Below, one piece after another: positions 48,321 to 58,029 of a DNA stretch of 64,000 nt. Every line of letters begins with the position of its first letter. Position 1 is the stretch's first letter. Source of the stretch: a virus (lineage: Duplodnaviria; Caudoviricetes); IMG/VR virus record IMGVR_UViG_641201006_000001, positions 96,001-160,000 of that record; one strand, 5' to 3'. The notes beneath the pieces are model-generated. The model worked only from the letters and a program-made list of their open reading frames with translations. It was not told the DNA's origin and made no database searches. The position numbers were made by a program, and so were the translations under genes.

Positions 48321-49427
48321 TTAGACGACCTTAACGAATTTCTCGCTTGCCGTGATATAGAATACAGCACCTTTTGAGTTCTGTACTTTATATTGCGGTG
48401 AGCCGTCTACATCTACTTGCCCGATGATTGTGAAGCCTTGACCTTTCAAGACAACACCGGACACTTTTGATTTGTCCCAAGTTGGTTGAGAGTAGAAGTT
48501 TAATTGGTCTACGATAGACTCAACACGCTTTCCTACATACCATGCTTGAGTTCCTACTACCTCAACGAACGTATCGCTCGCTGTGATGTAGAATGTTGCA
48601 CCTGCGGAGTTTTGTACCTTATACTGGAACGCATCTCCGACTTGCAGTTTCTCTACGATCTTAGGGAAGACTTGATCTTTTTCAATCGTACCCGCCACAT
48701 CTGCATCAGCCCAAGAAGGTCTGTTGTAGAATCGTAAAGAGTTTGCTTTACATTTCAATTGTTTCCCTGAGTAGTCGCCACCTAAAGAAGTAACATTGTC
48801 ATTATTGACAGGTGGAGGAGCGATTTGATTCGTTTTACCTCCGCTAATGTACCACTCTAAAGTTTTGTCACCCATTAATTTATTACGGTCAACTTTCCCT
48901 ACACCATTCATCCATCCGCCTGTTTCACCATCAGCATATTGCCAGATGTCACATTTGTACTTCGGTTCAGGGCCACCGTAACGTGGAATCCATAAGAAGT
49001 CAGCCTTCACTTTGTTTAATCCATACTTCTCATACATGTGATGAGATACGTAGAATCCAACCATCCAGCCTTTCGACTTACAGCGGTCAATGAATGCTTG
49101 AGATGCAGCAGCGATATTATCAGGGCCACATGATTTCAGCGTATCATCTTCCGTATCCAGTACAAGGAACTTTGCATTCGGGCTTACACGTTTCATGAAG
49201 TCGTCAGCCTCTACAATCGCATCTGCAACAGAGACAAAGCATCCGTAAGCATATGCGGCATGTGGTACGCCACGAGCTTCTAATTCACGTACAAAGCTAT
49301 CATACAAACGATCCTTTAAGTTAGAACCATATTGCACACGGCAAATTGCTAGTCCTAATTGTGGTGCTAGAACGTTCCAATTAATATTGTCGTTCCATTT
49401 CGAAATGTCGATTACTTCTCTACCCAT
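48321..49427 (-). CDS. GH25 muramidase endolysin with two C-terminal cell-wall-binding repeats
   Basis: IDISKWN, LDTED, WIPRY, IWQY; repeat LRFY..PSW...YKVQNS.GA.FYITAS twice. Confidence 0.9.
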   Translation of the reverse strand: MGREVIDISKWNDNINWNVLAPQLGLAICRVQYGSNLKDRLYDSFVRELEARGVPHAAYAYGCFVSVADAIVEADDFMKRVSPNAKFLVLDTEDDTLKSCGPDNIAAASQAFIDRCKSKGWMVGFYVSHHMYEKYGLNKVKADFLWIPRYGGPEPKYKCDIWQYADGETGGWMNGVGKVDRNKLMGDKTLEWYISGGKTNQIAPPPVNNDNVTSLGGDYSGKQLKCKANSLRFYNRPSWADADVAGTIEKDQVFPKIVEKLQVGDAFQYKVQNSAGATFYITASDTFVEVVGTQAWYVGKRVESIVDQLNFYSQPTWDKSKVSGVVLKGQGFTIIGQVDVDGSPQYKVQNSKGAVFYITASEKFVKVV

Positions 49428-49467
49428 ACTATCAGCTCCCTTGTGGGAGATAGAGGTTGGTTACCTC

Positions 49468-49803
49468 TTATAGTTCGTCAACTGACTTCAAGTCACCATA
49501 CGATAGAAATATGCGAAACTCAAATGATAGAGGCGCATAATCTTTTCCGACAACTCGTAAAACATAGTCAGTAACTTCATTATACATGTTCTCTTCGTGT
49601 CCTGCATTAATAAAGAATGTATTTGCTCCGCCACGCTGATGATTAACTCGAATCGCTTTATGTCCGAACTCACCCTCATACGCTTTGATTAACTTACGAT
49701 TGATTTCCTCTACTAACGCCTCTTTGTCGTATCCTGCGTGTACGACAATATTGAAAGCGCCGATTTGCACTTCATTTGCTCCTATCGGTTGTGGTTTTGC
49801 CAT
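49468..49803 (-). CDS. Hypothetical protein
   Basis: AAGGGAG RBS before MAKPQ. Confidence 0.55.
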   Translation of the reverse strand: MAKPQPIGANEVQIGAFNIVVHAGYDKEALVEEINRKLIKAYEGEFGHKAIRVNHQRGGANTFFINAGHEENMYNEVTDYVLRVVGKDYAPLSFEFRIFLSYGDLKSVDEL

Positions 49804-49972
49804 TGTGTTTGGCTCCCTTCTCTTTAATGTCTTTTTGTATTTCTGATACCAACACTGCACAATCATCACAATACCCTGTGTTGTGTAGAGACTCACTTGC
49901 TGGAATCTCCGTTTTACAACGTGTGCAATTTGTCACTACGTTTTCGAAATAACGTTTATCTCTTTTCATCAT
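49772..49972 (-). CDS. Small Zn-finger protein
   Basis: CTRC...CDDC. Confidence 0.55.
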   Translation of the reverse strand: MMKRDKRYFENVVTNCTRCKTEIPASESLHNTGYCDDCAVLVSEIQKDIKEKGAKHNGKTTTDRSK

Positions 49973-50382
49973 TATCCACCATTTACTACTTTCTTCGGTT
50001 TTACCCAGCTACACTTGTCACATACGAATCCATACTTTGGTGTTCCCGGAATACGATCCATCCAAAGTTCTCCTCCGCAATGACATAACTGGTCATCATT
50101 CATTTCATGGTACTTTAACGTATCGACCTTCGCTTCGATGTAGTTCGCTAAAGTATTTACTTCTTTACATTCCGGACATTCAATCAATTGCTCCATGTCC
50201 GTTTCTTCTTTAATACGTTTCTCTGTTGATTCATGTAATGCGTGGTCTTTATTAATTTCGATAATGCCGTTGTGGAAGATTACTTCCGTCATCTCTTTAT
50301 TTTGTCTGACTGCATACGGCTCACCGTTCTTTAATACAACATGCATCTCATGTGCTTGCGCACACGCTGGACATCTAAACAT
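49972..50382 (-). CDS. Zn-ribbon protein
   Basis: CPAC, CPEC, CHCG, CDKC. Confidence 0.65.
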   Translation of the reverse strand: MFRCPACAQAHEMHVVLKNGEPYAVRQNKEMTEVIFHNGIIEINKDHALHESTEKRIKEETDMEQLIECPECKEVNTLANYIEAKVDTLKYHEMNDDQLCHCGGELWMDRIPGTPKYGFVCDKCSWVKPKKVVNGG

Positions 50383-50393
50383 AATCTAACCTC

Positions 50394-50825
50394 CTAAATA
50401 TTTGAGTGCCACCCTAGTTTACCATCGACGATACCAAATATCTTTTCATGTGTATCTTCATACTGCTTTGAAAAGAACTGCGGGTGGGTTGGTATCTTCT
50501 CTCCCGGATGATTCGGGTCATCTTGCATTGAACCCTCTATGTACGGTACGGGTTTTAATTCTTTACTTGGCGGTTCGGATTCCTGCACTTCGTAACCCGG
50601 CCCATACCAATAGCGTAAGCAAAGCGGTGTACCATCTTGCGTTACATGTAAGTAATCACAAGGCATGTGGTGGGGATCAGGATGTTCGCATATTGCTGTC
50701 CTGTCATTTCTAGCTCCCCAACCTATGAAGCGTTCCTCAAAATGGTCACATTTGCTATCTGCTGGCGTAGGTGTTCGATACCCACGCTGTCGGTTTGTTG
50801 TGCGACCGATTTTAACTTTCGCCAT
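50394..50825 (-). CDS. Hypothetical protein
   Basis: AAAGGAGA RBS before MAKVKIG. Confidence 0.55.
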   Translation of the reverse strand: MAKVKIGRTTNRQRGYRTPTPADSKCDHFEERFIGWGARNDRTAICEHPDPHHMPCDYLHVTQDGTPLCLRYWYGPGYEVQESEPPSKELKPVPYIEGSMQDDPNHPGEKIPTHPQFFSKQYEDTHEKIFGIVDGKLGWHSNI

Positions 50826-50904
50826 CGGAACTCTCCTTTCTTGATAAGACTCACATAGTAATCTTATCAAGAAAAGAAGCCGCCGACTAGGGCGACTGTC
50901 CTTT

Positions 50905-51615
50905 TTATACTGCTTCTTGTTCTTCCTCTTCTTCGTCCTCGTCCCAATCAAAGTCATCGTCGTCACCGACATGCTCTCTGATAACCGTTTTACCTGCAAC
51001 AATCTGACTGATTAATGTTTTGTCAGCCGTCATCGCTAGGTGCGGTTGGTGAGTAACCATGATAATCTGACGGTTAAATGTTTTCGAGATGAACGCTAAG
51101 AACTCACCTAGCTTCACCACATATTCTTCTGATACGTGTTTACCCGGTTCATCTAAGATGATAGGGCCTTGTATCTTCGGTTCGTTGTATACAACCATCA
51201 CCGCAACTTGCAATGCAATCGCTACGATGTCATTGATACCACCACCACGAGAATCTTGTGGTTCATTCTCAATCGGCTCACCATTTTCACCAACTGAACA
51301 TACGAGGAATCGTGCGGCAGGTTTCCCGCCTGATTCCGTCATCTCAATTTTGAATGTGAAATCATGACCGAATATATGTTGTAAGGCACGAGTAACAACC
51401 TTCTCCATACGCTTACGACCAGCTTCACGGGCTGAGTCTGCCGTCTTCACAAGTAGTGCAGAGATTTGTTCCAGCTTCATACGTTCCTGTACTACGCCTT
51501 CAATCTTTGCTTCTAGGTCTTTCTTTTGGTCAGCAAGGATATTGCGCTCTGCTACACGTTTGTTAAAGTCATCTTGCATTCCTACTACTTTATGTGTAAG
51601 TACGCTTAAACGCAT
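50905..51615 (-). CDS. SbcC/Rad50 C-terminal half (ABC signature, Walker B)
   Basis: Coiled coil, SRGGG signature variant, IILDEP, MVTHQ. Confidence 0.85.
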   Translation of the reverse strand: MRLSVLTHKVVGMQDDFNKRVAERNILADQKKDLEAKIEGVVQERMKLEQISALLVKTADSAREAGRKRMEKVVTRALQHIFGHDFTFKIEMTESGGKPAARFLVCSVGENGEPIENEPQDSRGGGINDIVAIALQVAVMVVYNEPKIQGPIILDEPGKHVSEEYVVKLGEFLAFISKTFNRQIIMVTHQPHLAMTADKTLISQIVAGKTVIREHVGDDDDFDWDEDEEEEEQEAV

Positions 51616-52331
51616 CAGTACACCTCCTTATTGTGATAAATCACTTCAAGTTCCTTTAATCCTTTTGGCTTGTATTCCTTAATAGTATCTTGAATACGAC
51701 TTGGTACAGATTCTAATTCATCATCCGTTAATGAGCGATGATCCACACGAACAATAATAGATGCTTCGTCCGGATAATACTCAAAGATAACCTGTACACT
51801 TACGCCCGGAATCTGTTTTAAATGATACTCAAGCATGGAGAGGTTATCATCACTTAACCCCTCCGGCTTTGTTTCTTTATAGTACGGCATACTTAGGCGA
51901 GACATATATTCAATCACACGTTTCGCATCTTTATCATAAGAGAATTGACGACCTAACTTATGTGCCAACATCTTAATGATGATTTGATTGTCCGTCTGAT
52001 TAATTAATCGTTTGAGTTCATCTACATTGTTCTTCTTTAGAAACTGTTCTGTATCTTGCCCGATTGCATTAGATAAGACACTGCCTTTACCCATCATTGT
52101 TCCCGGTACAATATAGTCCTGCGGGATACCCACATTAGCGTTTTTCATGAGCTGATTAACAGCATCCTCAAAATCAGTTTTGGTGTAAGATGCGGCCTCA
52201 GGAGAAGGTTTCTCAAACTGCTTGAATATTTCTGCCTCAAGAGCTTTCGCAGTATCACGACGAATTTGCTGATCTAACTCGGCTGATATATCTCTATATG
52301 GATTGGATGTAGATAATTCATTCTTGCCCAT
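51615..52331 (-). CDS. Hypothetical protein inside the sbc cluster
   Basis: 238-aa ORF, coupled to its neighbours. Confidence 0.6.
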   Translation of the reverse strand: MGKNELSTSNPYRDISAELDQQIRRDTAKALEAEIFKQFEKPSPEAASYTKTDFEDAVNQLMKNANVGIPQDYIVPGTMMGKGSVLSNAIGQDTEQFLKKNNVDELKRLINQTDNQIIIKMLAHKLGRQFSYDKDAKRVIEYMSRLSMPYYKETKPEGLSDDNLSMLEYHLKQIPGVSVQVIFEYYPDEASIIVRVDHRSLTDDELESVPSRIQDTIKEYKPKGLKELEVIYHNKEVY

Positions 52332-52339
52332 GATGACTC

Positions 52340-52618
52340 CTACTCTTCAAATTCCATATCGTCATCATCGTCTGCTACTTCTTCACCCGGTAAATATTGA
52401 CGAGCGTCTTCCATTACCTCTGTTAAGTTCTTTTCTTTTTCAGCGATAACAGTAGCTAAGTCCTTCGGATCGTAGCCCATGTCTTTAATTTTCTTGGCAG
52501 CTTCCTTACGACGTTTAGATGCTTCCTCTTTACGAGTTTCTAAGCGCACCTTATCACTCTTCGCTTGCTCAAATTCGTTCTTTAACATTTTTAATTGGCG
52601 GTCAAAGTTTGTAGTCAT
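52340..52618 (-). CDS. Coiled-coil protein with an acidic tail
   Basis: GGGAGG RBS; heptad pattern. Confidence 0.65.
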   Translation of the reverse strand: MTTNFDRQLKMLKNEFEQAKSDKVRLETRKEEASKRRKEAAKKIKDMGYDPKDLATVIAEKEKNLTEVMEDARQYLPGEEVADDDDDMEFEE

Positions 52619-52631
52619 TTGTATTTCCTCC

Positions 52632-54941
52632 CTATGCAATATGTTCTAACATTTCATTTACTGCGTGTTCAGATACTTCTTGATTACATGTTGGACACTT
52701 GCTACCCATGTCTTTAAAGATGGATTGAATATCTTCTTCTAGCTTCGCAATATCTTGCGTTACAATTTCGATACTGCCATCAATCTCTTTACACACATAG
52801 TCTTCGCCTTCATATTCTTCTAGAAGTTTCTTGAGCGTTGCAATTTCCGCAACTTCTTTCTCGATTGCGTCGATGTCGATATTATCTAATGAAGCATACT
52901 CCGCTAAGTCCTCGGTATGCAGTTCTTCTTTCGCTTCTGATTTAATGTACTCTCTATTTAATTCCTTGAGTTCATTAACCTCTTTATAGATGTACTCGGC
53001 TGCACCTAATAAAGTAAGACCTTGCTCAAGCATTCCGTACTCTTTGTACTCCGAATTAACAGCAGATAAAGTACGTGCTGTTTTAGCGAAGTCATCTTGC
53101 AACTGTTCTAGCTCTGCAATTTCGCGAGCGATTTGCTCTGCTTCATTCACAAGTAACATACCACGTTCAACATAGGCATAATCATTTAACTCTGCATTGA
53201 TTTCCTTGATGGCACGAGACTTCTCTTTTAAGATACGTCTAAAGTCTTTCAAGTCTTCAATCTCATCGTCAAGGTTCTGCGCCGTCGTTAATAATCCTTT
53301 TAGGATATTTAAGCGCTTCTCAATTTCAGGAAGGTCATCATAATTCTTTAGCTTCTCATCCAGTTCTGCAATTTGCTTCTCACTTGCATTACTATCGACA
53401 GTAAGCTTTCGTATTTCCTTCCCCTTCTCTTTGATCGCAGCATCGACGATATGGACGCCCGTGAGTCTTCCGATTGTGTTAGCACGAACAGCAGGTGACT
53501 CTGAGAGTAAGAAGTGACTGTCAAGCTGATTGGAGAAGTTAATAGCTCGTTCAACACCTGTTGACAGTTCCACTTTAGGCATTTGATGAGTATTGGCGAT
53601 GTCGATAGGAATGTTATTCCCAAACCCCTTGAACTCAGTCTCCTTGCCGTTTGTATCACGTACGATGTACTCACCGGATGATGATTTAGTTCGTGAGCGA
53701 GTAATTGAAGACCCGTCTGTAAAACCGACTGTGACCGTAGTCCGACTAGCCCCGTGGCGAATAAAGTCGGCTCCTTTAGGCTCGTTATAGAATACCCATC
53801 GTAACGCACGTATGATGGCTGACTTCCCGGAGTCCGAAGCACCGGTGATTGCATTAAGTCCCTTGTCACTAAAATCAACCCTCGTCTTTTTATGTGATTG
53901 GAAGTTGGTTACCTCCACCCATGCGAGTCCAATTGCTTTCGCCTTCTCGATGTATCCATCTAGCTTACTATCTTGGAAGTTCTTCTCTTGATCTACGATA
54001 GCATCCAGTGCAGTTGATAATAATTTCTTCGAGATACCTTTTGTCTTCGCTAGTATTTCTTTCGGGTCAAACGATTCAAATGTTAAAGCATCCTCAATCG
54101 TTTGCTCGAATGCTGCTAAGTATTTCACCTGTTGTTTCTTCTGCACGATTTGTGTACGGTCAAATACGTCTACACCTTTTTGTGCAACTTGATATTCTAC
54201 ATACTCTACATCGAAGCCATTTGCGTCTACGTCAATCATGGCATACTGCGGAATACGCTTCATACTATCGGCACTTGCTTCATCACGACCAGTAGAACCC
54301 GGATTCGTAAATAGTGTACCGTTGATTTCATGCATATCATAACCCGGATGAAAATGACCATTAAAGACTGCATCAGCTTCCGTTACAACATGTTTTGTTA
54401 ATGTATGTTTTACGTCCGGATGGAACGGTTTTTCAAGTAACATACCGTGAGAGAATAGGAAGTCATAGTCACCTTTCTTCTTCACGTAGTAATCTAACAT
54501 TGGGTTATCATCAATCTCTGAATGATATTGTTTACCATGCAGGAATACGGTGAATGCACCCGTGTCAATCTTATGCGCACGCTTGTCTGTTAACAGCGTA
54601 ACAAGACCCGCATTCGCTAATGAACCGATTGCCGTTTGATTGATTGTATCCATTGAGTAACCATATAAATCATGATTACCGGGTACAAGATATACTCGAA
54701 TACCTTTCTTGCGAATACGTCGCAAGATGCGTTGATGCTCATTATATAATGAATAAGCGACACGAGGCGTATGGAACCAGTCTCCGCCATGAACGATGAA
54801 ATCTACATCATTTGCATACGCAACTTGTTCGATTTCAAGGAACTTATTCAAGATAGCATTGTGATAATCATCAATACGAGAGCCGGGATTACGACCCATG
54901 TCGTGACTATCTGTGAAATATATACCTTTCAAGAGCGTCAT
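52632..54941 (-). CDS. SbcD/Mre11 nuclease fused to the SbcC/Rad50 N-terminal half
   Basis: TDSH, GGDWF, GNHD, GHFH, NPGS; then NFQSH, Walker A GASDSGKS, coiled coil and terminal CPTC hook. Confidence 0.88.
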   Translation of the reverse strand: MTLLKGIYFTDSHDMGRNPGSRIDDYHNAILNKFLEIEQVAYANDVDFIVHGGDWFHTPRVAYSLYNEHQRILRRIRKKGIRVYLVPGNHDLYGYSMDTINQTAIGSLANAGLVTLLTDKRAHKIDTGAFTVFLHGKQYHSEIDDNPMLDYYVKKKGDYDFLFSHGMLLEKPFHPDVKHTLTKHVVTEADAVFNGHFHPGYDMHEINGTLFTNPGSTGRDEASADSMKRIPQYAMIDVDANGFDVEYVEYQVAQKGVDVFDRTQIVQKKQQVKYLAAFEQTIEDALTFESFDPKEILAKTKGISKKLLSTALDAIVDQEKNFQDSKLDGYIEKAKAIGLAWVEVTNFQSHKKTRVDFSDKGLNAITGASDSGKSAIIRALRWVFYNEPKGADFIRHGASRTTVTVGFTDGSSITRSRTKSSSGEYIVRDTNGKETEFKGFGNNIPIDIANTHQMPKVELSTGVERAINFSNQLDSHFLLSESPAVRANTIGRLTGVHIVDAAIKEKGKEIRKLTVDSNASEKQIAELDEKLKNYDDLPEIEKRLNILKGLLTTAQNLDDEIEDLKDFRRILKEKSRAIKEINAELNDYAYVERGMLLVNEAEQIAREIAELEQLQDDFAKTARTLSAVNSEYKEYGMLEQGLTLLGAAEYIYKEVNELKELNREYIKSEAKEELHTEDLAEYASLDNIDIDAIEKEVAEIATLKKLLEEYEGEDYVCKEIDGSIEIVTQDIAKLEEDIQSIFKDMGSKCPTCNQEVSEHAVNEMLEHIA

Positions 54942-55490
54942 CTATACTTCCCCCTTACCCTTCTTTTTGATATATTCAGCAATATCTTTTACCTTCGACT
55001 TCGCAAGTTGTCTTTTGAAATCTTGGTTATGATACTGACAGATACCATTTTCAACTTGATCTTGTTTGCATCGAGCTACGCCACATTCTCTTTCTTTAAG
55101 CTGAATGTATTGCTCCATGCTATCTATATTCCCTCTTGAGAAATGCAGATTAAAGTTCGCATAATGTTTCATGCACATTCCTTTTGCTTCTGCTCGTAAA
55201 CCGCAATGAGGGATAAAACATTGCACACCATGATAGGAAATGCGGTTTGTTTTACGTGGGTCACCTATTTTCAATCGTCTTTGATTATGCATTGCACATA
55301 TTCCTTTTGCATAAGCGGGACGCTCACAATCCTCAATACTACAGGTCTTGCCTTTGTTTATCAGAACAGGGTCATCAGTTGTACCCGTAAGTCTTAGTCT
55401 CTGATAATGTTTTGGACAATACCCTCTAGCGCCGGTGGCATCCTCTCCACAACCTTCCACTATACATATACGGGTAGCAACTGTACACAT
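54942..55490 (-). CDS. Tandem Cys/His zinc-finger repeat protein
   Basis: Four C..(E/P).C...A.G.C..H repeats. Confidence 0.7.
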   Translation of the reverse strand: MCTVATRICIVEGCGEDATGARGYCPKHYQRLRLTGTTDDPVLINKGKTCSIEDCERPAYAKGICAMHNQRRLKIGDPRKTNRISYHGVQCFIPHCGLRAEAKGMCMKHYANFNLHFSRGNIDSMEQYIQLKERECGVARCKQDQVENGICQYHNQDFKRQLAKSKVKDIAEYIKKKGKGEV

Positions 55491-56231
55491 TTAAATCTCT
55501 CCTCTGTTCTTCTTTTCTATATATTCGTTTGCATCTTTTGCATTGACACCTCTATGGTATCTAAAGTTTAGATGATGTTTATTACATAAGTGGTGTGCAA
55601 CAGTCTCTTCATTGCATCCATCAATTCTGCATATAGGATCCATTTGCCCTCTCAGATTTTCTACGTGATGGACGTCACCATATTTATTAAAACGTTGCAG
55701 ATGCACTTGGCACAAACGTTTACCGTGCGCTTCTTTTTCGCAACCTTCTACGCTACATATCTTACCCGAATTAACATAGTCAGGGTCGTCTGTATTTCCG
55801 TGACGTAACTCACGACGGTAATGTTTCCAACATAAACCCCTAGCCGCCTTCGCTTCATTTTCACACTCGTCTATTGTACAGGTGTTACCTTGCTTACTCA
55901 GGCGTGGACGCTTTCCCGCTTTTTCTTTCTTCCTCTCTTGTTCTGCTCTCCAAGCTGCTGCTTTCTCTCGGTCAGCTTTTAACTTTGCTTGCCATTGTTC
56001 AACTTCCGCTTGTCGAGTTGTTAAGATTGGTGCTAGGTTTACGCAAAAATCTAAATCAGTCTTTGCTTCCCATACACCATCTGTAAGAAGATTCCCGAAG
56101 CGGTCAATGTACCCCTTGCGTCCTTCATCAATCATCAGACCGACTTCCCAGTCACTATGCGATTCACGTTTCAACATACACATCATGAGAAGACCCATTA
56201 CCTTCTGTTCTTTCTTCTCACTCATCGTCAT
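55491..56231 (-). CDS. Protein with three C-terminal Cys/His zinc-finger repeats
   Basis: CTIDEC..CWKHY, CSVEGC..CQVH, CRIDGC..CNKH. Confidence 0.7.
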   Translation of the reverse strand: MTMSEKKEQKVMGLLMMCMLKRESHSDWEVGLMIDEGRKGYIDRFGNLLTDGVWEAKTDLDFCVNLAPILTTRQAEVEQWQAKLKADREKAAAWRAEQERKKEKAGKRPRLSKQGNTCTIDECENEAKAARGLCWKHYRRELRHGNTDDPDYVNSGKICSVEGCEKEAHGKRLCQVHLQRFNKYGDVHHVENLRGQMDPICRIDGCNEETVAHHLCNKHHLNFRYHRGVNAKDANEYIEKKNRGEI

Positions 56232-56583
56232 CGTCCTCAGGTTCGTGTCCTATGATTTGAACACCAATCAGATAATCTTCTGCTGTATCTAAATCATGCT
56301 CTTCGTAATATGGCCCGGTGTAGAAGCGAATGTATTCTACTTCTTCGTATGAATCCTGCTCATACTCTTCCTCTTCGAACGTACAATACTTGTCGTTCTC
56401 TCCGTCGCACGGTCTTACATTTAGACCGGAGAATAAATCTGTATAGCAAGATAGAATATCTCCGCCACGAGAATTACCGCCCATTCTTGCTACTACTTTT
56501 GCCTTCGCAACACCCATTTGGAATGTTAGTTCCACAATATGTGTACTATCTCCGCCGGGAATATACTGCTCCATCTGCATCAT
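56218..56583 (-). CDS. Acidic hypothetical protein
   Basis: AAGGAGG RBS. Confidence 0.6.
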   Translation of the reverse strand: MMQMEQYIPGGDSTHIVELTFQMGVAKAKVVARMGGNSRGGDILSCYTDLFSGLNVRPCDGENDKYCTFEEEEYEQDSYEEVEYIRFYTGPYYEEHDLDTAEDYLIGVQIIGHEPEDDDDE

Positions 56584-56599
56584 AAAACCTCCTTGTTTC

Positions 56600-56628
56600 T
56601 AGTATGTTACATTTTGTAATGCTTATAC
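56600..56628 (-). promoter_or_regulatory. SigG-like (forespore) promoter
   Basis: GTATA-N17-CATACTA directly upstream of an RBS; spacer contains the palindrome TTACA-AAA-TGTAA. Confidence 0.6.
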
Positions 56629-56868
56629 CTACCATGCCTCATCATCAATAGAAACCTTCTTCTTTTTCTTGAGAAAGGCAAGGTCTTTTAAATCTGTGCG
56701 GTACATACGATGGTCGTCTTCATAGGGTTTATCTAATTCGACCTGCACCGGTGACATGTGATGCTGATAGAGAGTTGGCTGGTCAACATATGTGACTTTG
56801 CCTTTTATATCAATCGACTTCACACGTACACGGTCACCTTCCTTTGGAATGCGAACCTTACCAGTCAT
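56629..56868 (-). CDS. Small SH3/KOW-like protein
   Basis: EGDRVRV...GKV; GAGGAGG RBS. Confidence 0.55.
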   Translation of the reverse strand: MTGKVRIPKEGDRVRVKSIDIKGKVTYVDQPTLYQHHMSPVQVELDKPYEDDHRMYRTDLKDLAFLKKKKKVSIDDEAW

Positions 56869-57061
56869 CCCAGTCAACCTCCTCTTCACCATCTAATAAC
56901 GCAACAAGTGTCGGAATCCAATGCTCCGACACTGTGCCATTGTCATCTCGCTTAACAGTTACATGCGATTGACGATTATAATCAAACGGAAAGTCGATTA
57001 CGACTCCTGTCCACGGCCATGCGATATGTTTGACTCTGCATCCTAATCGACATACATCCAT
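56858..57061 (-). CDS. Small SH3-like protein
   Basis: LGCRVKH...TGVV. Confidence 0.5.
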   Translation of the reverse strand: MDVCRLGCRVKHIAWPWTGVVIDFPFDYNRQSHVTVKRDDNGTVSEHWIPTLVALLDGEEEVDWDDW

Positions 57062-57249
57062 TAGAATTTCTTCCTTTGTACTTGGTTGTTTAATTCTTCT
57101 TCTTTGCGGTCTAGGTAGTTACGGATACCTTCTTCTGCACTTTTCGCTGTTGATTTATTCATAATCGACATAACGATAGCAGAACCGATTGCACCGCCAA
57201 CCATACTAGAGAACGCAATGATGAAGATAAATGTCCATATAATATACAT
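57061..57249 (-). CDS. Small membrane protein
   Basis: N-terminal TM helix. Confidence 0.55.
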   Translation of the reverse strand: MYIIWTFIFIIAFSSMVGGAIGSAIVMSIMNKSTAKSAEEGIRNYLDRKEEELNNQVQRKKF

Positions 57250-58001
57250 TAGCAGAATCTCTCCCTCCTTCTAAAACGATACTCGATTATCTCTCGTGAC
57301 TCTAGGTCATAAGCATAAGCGATACCGTCCCATAGGTCTACCATTGTGAGTCGCCAGCCAAAACCTGCGCCCGTGTCAATCGCAATCTTCTTGGCTTTGT
57401 TACTCGTCCATACTCTCGCATCTTCTTCTGTAATTGCTTTATGGATACGATAAGTAGGTGTGTGTCCGAATACGATAGTCTGGTCAAAAGTGTGTGCATT
57501 ACGTGGGTTCGACCATTCTTTACATCCCATAAGTAATACTTCTCTCTTTTGTAAGTCCATATAAGGGACTCGTGGATCAAGACCAGCGTGAACGAAGATA
57601 AAGTTATCGTCTTCATGATAATCAACCATCTTGTTTAATACGCCGGACATAATATCTCCTACGGCTTCTGAACCGAGTTTCTTTTGTGCTATATCAATAG
57701 ATTTAAGAGTGGTAAGTCCTCCAATCGCTTCATGTGAGAATTGTTGTTGCGTCATCTTACCTGTCAGACATTCACGAAGCCATGCATCATGATTGCCCTC
57801 TACGATAACTGCGCCTTCTTGTAGTAACTGGTTACATTCCTCATATACTTCAAAGGATTGGAGTCCTCTATCTCCTAAATCGCCACATATAACTAATTCC
57901 TCCGGGTCAGGATCAACATAATCCAGTAACCGAAGGAATGGTGTGGCGTTTCCGTGTATGTCACTTATTGCGTAACGTTTGTTCAAAATATTCCCCTCCA
58001 T
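57249..58001 (-). CDS. Metallophosphoesterase (lambda PP-like Ser/Thr phosphatase)
   Basis: SDIHG, GDLGDRG, GNHD, VHAG, FGHTP, IDTG. Confidence 0.88.
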   Translation of the reverse strand: MEGNILNKRYAISDIHGNATPFLRLLDYVDPDPEELVICGDLGDRGLQSFEVYEECNQLLQEGAVIVEGNHDAWLRECLTGKMTQQQFSHEAIGGLTTLKSIDIAQKKLGSEAVGDIMSGVLNKMVDYHEDDNFIFVHAGLDPRVPYMDLQKREVLLMGCKEWSNPRNAHTFDQTIVFGHTPTYRIHKAITEEDARVWTSNKAKKIAIDTGAGFGWRLTMVDLWDGIAYAYDLESREIIEYRFRRRERFC

Positions 58002-58029
58002 TGGCGAAACCCCGCCAACGAGACAGGGT

